Below, one piece after another: positions 1 through 8,573 of a stretch of 32,000 nucleotides of DNA. The position numbers were made by a program, and so were the translations under genes. The notes beneath the pieces are model-generated. The model made no database searches. It had not been told where the DNA came from and saw nothing but the letters and a program-made list of their open reading frames with translations. The DNA lies in contig OY282432.1 in the NCBI GenBank assembly GCA_958295985.1, positions 1,827,282 through 1,859,281 of the forward strand, written 5' to 3'. Source of the DNA: an uncultured Candidatus Binatia bacterium (GTDB lineage Bacteria > Desulfobacterota > Binatia > UBA9968 > JAJDTQ01). Position 1 is the stretch's first letter. Every line of letters starts with the position of its first letter.

Positions 1-28
1 AGCTTGTCAAGCACGGCGGGCCGTGCGC

Positions 29-1168
29 CTACCCGGTAAACTCGAGAACGTCCAGCCCCGCCAAGCGGTCCAGCAGGTACAACAAGCCGCTGGATCGATC
101 GAGGAACACGTCGTTGCTCTGCACGATGGAGGCGCCCCGGCCGGGATCGGGCATGTAGTAGCCGATCTCCCGGGGACGGTAGGGGTCGCTGATGTCCACG
201 GCGCGGAGGCCGCCGGCGAACCAGGTGACGAAGATGGTGTTGCCCTGGACCTGTTCCTGCGGCTGATGGGAGCCGAACCATTCCTCGGGGTTGAACGGCT
301 CGTCGTTGGGCACCCGGAAGGTGGCGATGGGGACGGGTCGCGTCTCGTCGGTGATGTCGACTACCCACATGAAGGCGTTGGGCGCCGGGGCCAGGCGGTC
401 CACCACTTCCTCGTCCGTCACCACCATCAGCTTCCGACCCTGGATGGTTTGGGGAATGGGCAGGGCGGTATGGGTGGGGCACGGGTAGGGCGGGCTCCAG
501 TCCAGGCCGCTCACCATGCGCGGGCGAGTCAGCTCCGATATGTCGAGAATGACCAGACCGCCGTGCCAGTAGCTCACGTAGAGCCGGTCCCCCAGCCGGA
601 GCGGGTGGTGGCAGCGGTGCCGGACTCCCTGCCACGTCGGGGTTTCCCCGCCCGCGGTCCACTGTCCGGGGAGCCACCACCGCGACACCTCCTCGGGTCG
701 GGACGGGTCCTTCAGGTCCAGGATCATCACGATGTTTCCGACGTAGCCCTCCACCTGCGGCGAGAAATAGGCGTAGTCTCCGTCGAAGTCGAAGCGGTGA
801 ACGCCGGTGCCCGCGGCCCGGTAGAAGCCGATCTCACGGGGATGGGCCTTGTCGGCGACGTCGAAGATCTTGAGTCCGCCCTGAAAGGGGTCCTTCGCCG
901 CGCCGCCGTAGCGTTCGTAGTTCACCAGCATGACGTCGCCGTGGACCCTGACCTTGTGCGAGTGGGTCCCCTCGGGGACTTCCAGGTGCGATACCACCCT
1001 GGGGCTCCGTGAGTCGGAAACGTCCAGGATCGAAGTGCCGTGGGGCGGTTCCAGGTGTCCGACGTAGGCGTAGTGTCCCTGCACCACGACCTGGCCGCCG
1101 CCCGGGATGTCGATGTGCCCCAACCGCTTGAAACCTTTGCTGGTGCCGTAGGGTTCACGTTGTGTCAT
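29..1168 (-). CDS. LVIVD-repeat beta-propeller protein, no obvious signal peptide
   Basis: 379-aa ORF. ATG at 1168 is preceded by GGAGG. About 7 recurring strand+turn motifs (SILDVSDSRSP, LKIFDVADKAHP, VMILDLKDPSRP, LVILDISELTRP, MWVVDITDETRP, LRAVDISDPYRP, LYLLDRLAGLDV) are typical of LVIVD-type propeller repeats. It starts 37 nt downstream of the preceding gene on the same strand. Confidence 0.75.
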   Translation of the reverse strand: MTQREPYGTSKGFKRLGHIDIPGGGQVVVQGHYAYVGHLEPPHGTSILDVSDSRSPRVVSHLEVPEGTHSHKVRVHGDVMLVNYERYGGAAKDPFQGGLKIFDVADKAHPREIGFYRAAGTGVHRFDFDGDYAYFSPQVEGYVGNIVMILDLKDPSRPEEVSRWWLPGQWTAGGETPTWQGVRHRCHHPLRLGDRLYVSYWHGGLVILDISELTRPRMVSGLDWSPPYPCPTHTALPIPQTIQGRKLMVVTDEEVVDRLAPAPNAFMWVVDITDETRPVPIATFRVPNDEPFNPEEWFGSHQPQEQVQGNTIFVTWFAGGLRAVDISDPYRPREIGYYMPDPGRGASIVQSNDVFLDRSSGLLYLLDRLAGLDVLEFTG

Positions 1169-1205
1169 GACGGGCCTCCGTGAAGGTTGAGCGTCCGCGA
1201 TGCCG

Positions 1206-2312
1206 TCAGGATTTGCGCGCCAGCGCGGCTACCACGCCGCCGCTGGGCGGACCCTGGTGCTCCGCGCCCGCGGACACGTAGCACATGGTGTCCCCGGTGA
1301 CCGAGGCGACCACGGCGTTGACCGCGCCGCGAATGTGCCGCGTATAGTTGATGTCCGAGTCCTCGAACATGACGTGGCGCCGTCCCCGGGTGTCCCCGGA
1401 CGGATCTGGTTCGCACTTCACGAACACGTTCACGAGCCGGTCCTGGTCCTGCGCCGACAACTCGCCGTCGACCTGGAGACCCACCTTGCGGAGAGCCTGT
1501 CTCACGGCCGCCGCGTCGATGGCGTCCTTCATCACCGCGTGATCGATGATGAGGTCGCTGGCGGACCGCGGCGAGTTGCCGAGGACGATGATCTCGCAGT
1601 TCATCAGCTCGATGCCGGAAGAGGCCGAGGCCACGTTGGAGAAGACGGCCAGGTCCTGCCCAATAACCTCTTCGCCGACGTCTCCTTCCTCGATCTCGCC
1701 GGTGGCCATGCCGATGCCCAGGGCGGCGACGCTCCTGGCGTAGGACATGGACTTGTAGGTGTCGGTGGTGACCACGCCGCGGTTGCGCGCGTAGGCGTCC
1801 TTGATGCGCTCGGTGGTCAGGGCGCCGGTCTTGATCTGGACGAAGTGGATGTCCGAGGGATCGTCGATGCCGGCGTCCTGAATGGCCGCCCTCACCCCCT
1901 CGGCCGCGGACAGGACGTGCGGCATGGTGCCGAATTCCTCGGGCGTCATGTCGCGGGTATAGGCGGTGCCCACGGTAAAGCCCTTCTCGCCGTTGCCGGC
2001 GCCATCGCCGCCCGGTTCCTTCACGAAGATGGTGGCGTGTGGGCTCATCAAACCTTCGGTGCCGCCGGACCAGATGATCGGTACCTTTTTGGCGATGTCG
2101 CTCATGGTCAGTCCCGATTTTTCCGCGATCAGCAATTGAAAACACTGGGTCGCCAGAGCCCGGGTGTAGTCGTTGACGCCGCCGTTGCCCTCGGTCTTGC
2201 CCAGGATCGCCGCCACGTGCTGCGCCTGGAAAGCTCCCGCGTCCAGGAGCCTTCGTGCTTCCGACACGTCATCGGGCGCGCCCATCCCCACCTTGAATGC
2301 GGTTACCTTCAT
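1206..2312 (-). CDS. ring-opening amidohydrolase, cyanuric acid amidohydrolase (AtzD/TrzD)/barbiturase family
   Basis: Start trimmed from the 427-aa track ORF to the internal ATG at 2312 (MKVTAFKVGM...), which is preceded by AAGGAG. The family-typical motifs GKTEGNGGVNDYTRA and SGGTEGLMSPH are present. Length of 368 aa fits the family. Confidence 0.85.
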   Translation of the reverse strand: MKVTAFKVGMGAPDDVSEARRLLDAGAFQAQHVAAILGKTEGNGGVNDYTRALATQCFQLLIAEKSGLTMSDIAKKVPIIWSGGTEGLMSPHATIFVKEPGGDGAGNGEKGFTVGTAYTRDMTPEEFGTMPHVLSAAEGVRAAIQDAGIDDPSDIHFVQIKTGALTTERIKDAYARNRGVVTTDTYKSMSYARSVAALGIGMATGEIEEGDVGEEVIGQDLAVFSNVASASSGIELMNCEIIVLGNSPRSASDLIIDHAVMKDAIDAAAVRQALRKVGLQVDGELSAQDQDRLVNVFVKCEPDPSGDTRGRRHVMFEDSDINYTRHIRGAVNAVVASVTGDTMCYVSAGAEHQGPPSGGVVAALARKS

Positions 2313-2340
2313 GAGTTCACTCCTTGTCGGGTTTCGCGAC

Positions 2341-3756
2341 TTATTTGCCGTCCCGGAAACGGCGGGCCAACGCGGCGACGGCCTGTTCCATGCATGCCAG
2401 CGGTGCCCGGGTGACGCCCGCCCCGATCTGGCCGACGCCGGCCTGCCGGTGGGCGATGCCGGTGTTGATGACCGGCGCGATGCCGGCATCGACGCACTTG
2501 CGCACGTCGATGCCGGCGGGAGTGCCCTGGAAGTCCAGGACCGGCAAGGTCAATTCGGGGTTCCTTCCCAGGGTGATGTGCCTCATTTCGGACGTGGCAC
2601 CGAGGGCGTCGGCGGCGGAGCCGCCCACGAACTTCACGATGGCCGGAGACGCGGCCATGGCGAAGCCGCCGATGCCGGCGGTCTCGGTGATGGCGCTGTC
2701 GCCCAGGTCGGGCGCGGCGTCGTCCACGCTGTATCCCGCGAAGAAGAGTCCGTGGACCCGCGGCGCCGGGGCAGTGAACCATTGGTCCCCCGTGCCGCTG
2801 ACCCGGATGCCGAACTCCACTCCGTTGCGCGCCATGGCGGTGACCATGCTGCTGCCCGGGACGCCGTGGGCCGCGTCCAGCATGGCTTTGCAGGCGGCCA
2901 TGGAAAGGTTCAGAAAGAAGTGGTCGTTGCCGCTGATGAAGCGCACGGTCTCGGCGATGCGGGCTTGCGGCGCGCCGGTCTCCAGCAGGGCCGGCAGAAG
3001 CGCACGGAGCAGCAGGGAAGAGGCCGCGACGTTACGGTTGTGGACCTCGTCGCCCATGTGCAGCGCCTGCGCCATCAGGGGTTTGAGCGACAGTCCTCCA
3101 TGGTTTTCCAGCGCCGCCTTCAGGGTCGGCGCCAGCACGCGCTCCATCCATCGGAGCCGCTTCAGCACCTCGGGATCATAGGCGCCCATGCGCAGCACTT
3201 TGCCGAGCCCCTCGTTGAGGTTGCAGTAGGTGGCGTGGCCGTGCTCGGAGTCGCGCACGGTCCACACCGGCATGGACGGGCTGGTGACGCCGGCCATGGG
3301 GCCGACGCAGGCGTGATGGTGGTTCGGCTCGAAGACGATCTCGCCGCCGGCTGCCAGCGCCCGGGCGCCGTCCGGGTCCTCGGCCCACCCCTCGAGCAGG
3401 ATCGCACCGGTCACCGCTCCCTGCATGGGGCCGCACATGCGCTCCCACGCCACCGGCGGACCGGCGTGGAGGATCATGCGCTCCCCCATTCCCGGGACGT
3501 CGTGTCGTGCCGTACCGATCCCCTCCAGCACCGGCTGCGCGTTCAGGTACGCGGAGAACGCGCTGCCATTGGCCCGCTCCATGGCCGCAAGGTTGACGAG
3601 GGAGGCGAGGGCGGCGCCGATTTCGCTGTTCCCGGCCGCGGGCGGACGCCAATCGGTCCGTTGCACGGCGCCGCCGGCAGCGTCGATGGAGTCCGCAAAG
3701 ACCTCGAGGCCGACGTTGACGACCCGGAGTGTGTCGCTGAACAAAGGCTCGATCAT
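2341..3756 (-). CDS. DUF1116 (YlbE-like) protein, partner of FdrA
   Basis: Start trimmed from the 684-aa track ORF to the ATG at 3756 (MIEPLFSDTLRVVNVG...). This ATG overlaps the fdrA stop as ATGA (3753-3756). The upstream part of the track ORF is R/P/G-rich out-of-frame read-through of fdrA. The sequence resembles YlbE/DUF1116 proteins that accompany FdrA. Confidence 0.8.
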   Translation of the reverse strand: MIEPLFSDTLRVVNVGLEVFADSIDAAGGAVQRTDWRPPAAGNSEIGAALASLVNLAAMERANGSAFSAYLNAQPVLEGIGTARHDVPGMGERMILHAGPPVAWERMCGPMQGAVTGAILLEGWAEDPDGARALAAGGEIVFEPNHHHACVGPMAGVTSPSMPVWTVRDSEHGHATYCNLNEGLGKVLRMGAYDPEVLKRLRWMERVLAPTLKAALENHGGLSLKPLMAQALHMGDEVHNRNVAASSLLLRALLPALLETGAPQARIAETVRFISGNDHFFLNLSMAACKAMLDAAHGVPGSSMVTAMARNGVEFGIRVSGTGDQWFTAPAPRVHGLFFAGYSVDDAAPDLGDSAITETAGIGGFAMAASPAIVKFVGGSAADALGATSEMRHITLGRNPELTLPVLDFQGTPAGIDVRKCVDAGIAPVINTGIAHRQAGVGQIGAGVTRAPLACMEQAVAALARRFRDGK

Positions 3757-5357
3757 GTGCCTGTCGCCTTGCTGCGCCGTCGTGGTCCTTCCGGCTTCTC
3801 GTGTCGTTCGTTCCGCGCGAGCTCCAGTGCAATCCGGACGGCCTCGGCGTTGCTGCGGCCCAGGATCACTCCCGCCTCCTCCAAACCGAATTGCTGTTGC
3901 GTCGCGTTCTGTGGGTCGTCTGGGGTCCCGCACACGGATGCCGCGAACAGGAGCCGTCTCCCGGCTCTCTCCGCTACTCGCCGCGCTTTCCGGATGGCCG
4001 GCGTGAGGGCGCCCGCCGGGTCGTGGTGGGCGCCGTAGCCCAGCACCACGTCCAGGAGAACCACGGCCACCTCCGGGTCGGCGGCTTCGTGCAGGATGCG
4101 TTCGCCGCGCAGACGAGGATCGATCATCGGATGCGGGCGTCCGCGGGTCAGACGAGCGTCGCCGAGGTCCACGACGGTGTGTCCCCGGCTTTTCCAGATA
4201 TCGTCCAGGGAGGGCGGCATGGAAGTATTGCTGTAGACCGGGCCAACTGTCTCCCGCATTAGCTGGACGGCCTCGGCGGCCAGCGACCCGCCGCTGTAGA
4301 GCCCACGGATGAACCGTTGGGTGGGCGTCTTTGGATGGCCGGCATCCGGGAGCCTGCGGTGCGATGGGATCCTGTCTATGGGTTGGGTATCCCATGAGTA
4401 GGGAATGCCCTGGGACAGGGCCACCGCCCGGCGGGCGACCTCCTCCAGGGTCCGTGCCGAGACGATTCCCGGTGCGGGCTCGGTGAACGGGGCCGCCCCG
4501 AGAAAATTCACCACTACCGGTTTGCCGGCGCGCCCGGCCCGCTCGAGGATCCGGGCAGCCACCTCCGTCTCCGGAGGTTTGGAGACCACGACGATGACAC
4601 GTGTGGAGGGGTCTTGGGCCAGCGCGTTCAGGGCCTGCAGGGTCGCTGCGCCGCCGACGGCCCGGGAGAGGTCCCGTCCGCCGGTTCCAATGACCTGAGA
4701 GACGCCGGCACCGTGTCGATGGATGAGCGTGGAGACTTCCTGAAGGCCGGTGCCGGAGGCGCCGACGCAGCCGATGTCGCCGCGCCGCACCACGTTGGCG
4801 AAGCCCAACGGAACGCCGTTGATGATGGCCGTGCCGCAGTCCGGGCCCATGACGAGAAGGTCGTTGGCGGCGGCGTACCGCTTGAGCGCGACCTCGTCCG
4901 CTTCCGCCACGTCGGCGCTGAACAGCATGACATGGAGCCCCAGCCGCAAGGCCTTCAGAGCCTCGGCGGCAGCATAGTCGCCCGGCACCGAGATGAGCGC
5001 CAGATTGGCGTTCGTGTCTTGCAGGCTCATGGCCAAGCTGCGCGGTAAGCGGGTGTCTGCGCTCCCGGAGGCGCGGGATGCCGGGGAGCCCCGGTGCAGC
5101 TCTTCCGCAAGCGTGGCGAAGGCCTGCTCTAGTATGGGGGTTTCGTCACCGCGGATGATGACGAGAACGTCGGCGGCGCCGGCTTCCGGATGACCCGTCA
5201 ACAGCCCCGCGTCCCGCAACAGCGCCCGGTTCCCGTCGGTGGCCATCACCACAGCGGCGGCGTCCACACCGGGCGTTTCCGTCACCCGCGCCGAAAGTTG
5301 CATGAGCGACAAGGAATCGCGGTAGCAATTGCGGATGGCTCTCGTCAGTGTGATCAT
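3753..5357 (-). CDS. fdrA: FdrA-family protein (succinyl-CoA-synthetase-alpha-like / acyl-CoA synthetase FdrA)
   Basis: The N-terminus MITLTRAIRNCYRDSLSLMQLSARVTETPGVDAAAVVMATDGNRALL parallels the E. coli FdrA N-terminus (..CFQDSVSLM..VSVMMGTPANKALL). ATG at 5357 is preferred over the TTG at 5426 used by the track. The gene is translationally coupled to the next gene. Confidence 0.85.
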   Translation of the reverse strand: MITLTRAIRNCYRDSLSLMQLSARVTETPGVDAAAVVMATDGNRALLRDAGLLTGHPEAGAADVLVIIRGDETPILEQAFATLAEELHRGSPASRASGSADTRLPRSLAMSLQDTNANLALISVPGDYAAAEALKALRLGLHVMLFSADVAEADEVALKRYAAANDLLVMGPDCGTAIINGVPLGFANVVRRGDIGCVGASGTGLQEVSTLIHRHGAGVSQVIGTGGRDLSRAVGGAATLQALNALAQDPSTRVIVVVSKPPETEVAARILERAGRAGKPVVVNFLGAAPFTEPAPGIVSARTLEEVARRAVALSQGIPYSWDTQPIDRIPSHRRLPDAGHPKTPTQRFIRGLYSGGSLAAEAVQLMRETVGPVYSNTSMPPSLDDIWKSRGHTVVDLGDARLTRGRPHPMIDPRLRGERILHEAADPEVAVVLLDVVLGYGAHHDPAGALTPAIRKARRVAERAGRRLLFAASVCGTPDDPQNATQQQFGLEEAGVILGRSNAEAVRIALELARNERHEKPEGPRRRSKATGT

Positions 5358-5526
5358 GTTCAGGTCGGCCGGAGATGGCGCGCTTCGACTTCGGATGAAC
5401 GCCGATTCCTTCTGTGGCCCGGCCAAGGACTCTACTACGAAAACCCTGGAGGGTCCATTTGCGTTGGATTTCGACGACGAAACTCACTGAAACTCGCCCT
5501 TCGAACCAGGGCCACCGGGAGCAACC

Positions 5527-6759
5527 ATGAGCGAAACATTCGATCTCTTGATCCAGAGGGCTCGGCTGCGGCGCCGGCCGGGCGCTTTGTATGACATCGC
5601 CGTACGAGCGGGACGAATCGAGGTCATCCAGGAGTCGCCGGGGTTGTCGGCCGCCGTCGTCCTGGATGCGGCGGAGGGTCTCGTGACCGAGCCCTTCGCC
5701 AACCCCCACCTGCATCTCGACAAGGTCTACACGCTGCAGCGTCTGGACGAAGAGTCGTCCCTGCGGGCCTACCACGGTGAGGGAATGAGTAATGCGATGC
5801 ACGCGATCGAGGCAGCGTCGCGGGTCAAGGCGTCTTACCGCCAGGATTGGATCGTCGAGAACGCCAGACGGGCGCTTCGCGCCGCGGCGGTCCACGGCAA
5901 CACCCACATACGGGCTTTCGCCGACGTGGATTCCAAGGCGCGCCTGGAAGGCGTCAAGGCGTTGCTGCAGGTCAGGGAGGAGTTCCGCGGCGTCGTGGAG
6001 TTGCAGGTGGTCGCTTTTCCCCAGGACGGCGTCCTGCGTGAGCCCGGTGCAGCCGACCTGGTGCGGGAGGCGGTGGCCCTCGGCGCGGACGTGGTGGGAG
6101 GCATTCCGTGGATCGAGTACACGGATGCCGCTGCCCTAGAGCACGTGCGCCGGATGTTCGAGATCGCCGTCGCCAATGACCGGCCCGTCTCCATGCTCGT
6201 GGACGACGCCGGCGACCCCGGCTTGCGCACCCTGGAAATGATGGCGGTGAGTGCCATCGAGGTCGGTTGGCAAGGACGCGTCCTCGCCCATCACGCCCGC
6301 GCCATGGCGTTGTACCCGGAGCCCTATTTCCAGAAGCTGGCCGCGCTCCTGCGGCAGGCCGGGATGCCCGTGGTCACCGATCCCCACACCGGCCCGCTCC
6401 ATGCCCGCGTACGTGAGCTCCTGGCCGCCGACATCTGTGTCTGCCTGGGGCAGGACGACATCTCCGACGCCTACTACCCCTTTGGCCGCAACAACATGCT
6501 GGAGGTAGCGTTCCTGGCCGCGCACCTGCTGTGGATGACCACCGAAGACGACATGGAGCGCCTCTACGACATGATCACCGTGGACGCTGCCCGGGCCATG
6601 GGCCTCAACGACTTCCGCCTGGAAGCGGGCGCCTCGGCGGACATGGTCATACTGGACGCGCCGTCTGTGCCGGAAGCCCTGCGACATCACCGGGCGCCGG
6701 TGTACGTCATCCGTAACGGGAAGGCGGTGGACGTCGAGGCGCTGAAGGCCCGGGGGTAG
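5527..6759 (+). CDS. metal-dependent amidohydrolase, cytosine deaminase / AtzC (N-isopropylammelide amidohydrolase)-like
   Basis: 410-aa ORF with GGGAG 6 nt upstream of the ATG. It has the HLHLDK metal-binding motif, LQVVAFPQDG, and DVVGGIPW followed by DDAGD, as in the CodA/AtzC subgroup. It is transcribed divergently from fdrA across a 169-nt spacer. Confidence 0.85.
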   Translation: MSETFDLLIQRARLRRRPGALYDIAVRAGRIEVIQESPGLSAAVVLDAAEGLVTEPFANPHLHLDKVYTLQRLDEESSLRAYHGEGMSNAMHAIEAASRVKASYRQDWIVENARRALRAAAVHGNTHIRAFADVDSKARLEGVKALLQVREEFRGVVELQVVAFPQDGVLREPGAADLVREAVALGADVVGGIPWIEYTDAAALEHVRRMFEIAVANDRPVSMLVDDAGDPGLRTLEMMAVSAIEVGWQGRVLAHHARAMALYPEPYFQKLAALLRQAGMPVVTDPHTGPLHARVRELLAADICVCLGQDDISDAYYPFGRNNMLEVAFLAAHLLWMTTEDDMERLYDMITVDAARAMGLNDFRLEAGASADMVILDAPSVPEALRHHRAPVYVIRNGKAVDVEALKARG

Positions 6760-7010
6760 ATCCGGCCCTGTATGATCAGGATATCGCTCGCGGCCTTCCG
6801 GGTAGCGGCACGCCTTAACGACCGCATGCTTTCAACAGAATTGCCGGCAAGCGCTTCAAGTCCTCGTTGCGGGGATCGACCTCGAATCCGCCGGACTCCA
6901 GTGCGGTGACACCCAGCAAAGGATCGGCTTCCTCGTCGCAACGTGCGGGTCGCCGTTGGCCCGTTGATCCGGATCCGAATGTGCCCGTTCAAGGCGTCCT
7001 TCCATAGGCC

Positions 7011-7171
7011 AGTGTCCTGTCCCAGAAATAACGGTGCTAATCTGCTGGTCCTCTTTGCCGTCGGCTGCGTTGCTCCCCCTCGCGTGGTATGGGCCACTGC
7101 TCGTCGTCGCGCCTTGCCGACAACAAAAAGTCCTATGCATCTTAGCACCGTTATTTCCGGGACAGGACACT
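7011..7171. repeat. 161-bp element bounded by 30-bp inverted repeats (29/30 match), MITE-like
   Basis: 7011-7040 agtgtcctgtcccagaaataacggtgctaa is the reverse complement of 7142-7171 ttagcaccgttatttccgggacaggacact except for one base. The 101-bp interior is partly self-complementary. It lies in a 680-nt non-coding gap. Confidence 0.9.
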
Positions 7172-7442
7172 AGCTCCAGGGCCGTCTGAAGTCCAATCCA
7201 GGAATGGAATTCAGCGCTCTGGCAGTTCAGTGGGTCGGGCTGGCCACGATTCCACGGAAGGCTTGACACGGCTCGTGAAGGAATCCTATTTAGGGGCCAT
7301 GCGCACGGAAACGACGGTGGAGATCCGGGAGCTGCCGGACCTGCGGGCGCGGCAGCGCCATATGGACGATCTGCCTGCGCCGGGTCTGTCCCCTGCCCGT
7401 GTGCCCTCGGTTGTCTGAAATCATAAGCTGGAGGTTCAAGCC

Positions 7443-8243
7443 GTGCCCATCCTGCAACGCGACAATGTAGATCTCCATTACGACGTGACGGGCGAGGGAC
7501 GGCCGTTCGTCTTCATCAGCGAAACGGCGTGCGACGGCGAGGTGTGGAAGATGTACCCGGTGCCGGAGTTCTCCCGGGACCACCAGTGCATCACCTTCGA
7601 CTACCGCGGCACCGGCCGCTCCGGGAAGCCATCCATCAAGTACACCACCGACATGTTCGCCGACGATGTAGCGGCCGTCATGGACCACGTGGGCGCCAAG
7701 GACGCGATTGTCTGCGGCCATTCCATGGGCGGCCGGGTGGCGCAACTCCTGGCCCTGGACCACCCGGGAAAGGTGAGCAAGCTGATCCTGGCGTCCAGCG
7801 GGGCGTCGTTTCCCGACACCAAAGGTATCCCCATCAAGCTGGCCACGGAGATGGTGGAGATGGGATACGAGCGCTACGTGAGCGATAGCTCGGTGGCTGT
7901 GGGTTTCACCGATGCGTTCGCGAAGCAGTACCCGGAACGGGTGCAACGCTACCTGGACGTCCGCATGGCCAACGTGTGCCCGCCGGAGTTCTACCTGCGC
8001 CACGTCATCGCACGCCAGGAGCACGATACCAGCCACCGGCTCAAGGACATCGAGGCGCCGGCGCTGGTCTTGGTGGGGGAGGACGACCGCAGCGTCACCA
8101 GCGACATGGACCACAGGACGTCCGCGGACATCCTGGCCGAGGGGATCCCCGGCGCCCGCCTGGTGATCCTTCCCGGCGAGCGGCACAGCTACTTCTTTGC
8201 CAATCCCGATGCGGCGTTCAAGGCCATCCGGGACTTCCTGTAA
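7443..8243 (+). CDS. alpha/beta-fold hydrolase
   Basis: 266-aa ORF. GTG start with GGAGG 7 nt upstream. It carries the GHSMGG nucleophile elbow and an HG-type N-terminal region. It is a paralog of 11614-12441. Confidence 0.9.
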   Translation: MPILQRDNVDLHYDVTGEGRPFVFISETACDGEVWKMYPVPEFSRDHQCITFDYRGTGRSGKPSIKYTTDMFADDVAAVMDHVGAKDAIVCGHSMGGRVAQLLALDHPGKVSKLILASSGASFPDTKGIPIKLATEMVEMGYERYVSDSSVAVGFTDAFAKQYPERVQRYLDVRMANVCPPEFYLRHVIARQEHDTSHRLKDIEAPALVLVGEDDRSVTSDMDHRTSADILAEGIPGARLVILPGERHSYFFANPDAAFKAIRDFL

Positions 8244-8278
8244 GTCCAACCACGTCTTTAACGTGAGGAGGCGCCCCG

Positions 8279-8422
8279 ATGGCGGAATTCACCATAGCCC
8301 GGTTCAAGGATGGGTCCGAGGGTCTGCAGGAGGGCCAGTTCGCCGTGGGCCAACGGGAAAAGGCCCAAACCCTGGCGGATCTGGACCCTACCCACAAGCA
8401 ACTGCTCGATATGCCGGGCTGA
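8279..8422 (+). CDS. hypothetical 47-aa small protein (MAEFTIARFKDGSEGLQEGQFAVGQREKAQTLADLDPTHKQLLDMPG)
   Basis: Below the ORF-track size cut-off. ATG at 8279 with GAGGAGG 8 nt upstream. No recognisable family, so it could be a relic. Confidence 0.25.
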   Translation: MAEFTIARFKDGSEGLQEGQFAVGQREKAQTLADLDPTHKQLLDMPG

Positions 8423-8573
8423 GAGATCCCGTCATCGATGAGAAGCGCGTGTTGTTCGAGTGCCGCGTGGACACCGGACGCACGCGCGCGAGGCACTGAA
8501 GTAACGTGGTCTTGCCGACGCCGTTGTCCCCGAAGGGCCGCGGTGCGGCGTGTGGCGCTGCATACCGCGGCTG

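Noticed and set aside
1165-4038. Long track ORFs 1165-2145(-), 1200-2414(+), 2173-4038(+), 2324-3181(+) and 3176-3832(-) overlapping the amidohydrolase and DUF1116 genes.
   Set aside because: They are other-frame or antisense shadows of recognisable genes. Their translations are R/G/P/H/A-rich low-complexity strings typical of off-frame reading in high-GC DNA.
6823-7010. A start-less minus-strand frame ..RCDEEADPLLGVTALESGGFEVDPRNEDLKRLPAILLKACGR* next to the MITE-like element might be a gene.
   Set aside because: It has no start codon and an in-frame stop directly upstream, and I cannot assign it to a family. It is treated as a possible relic only.
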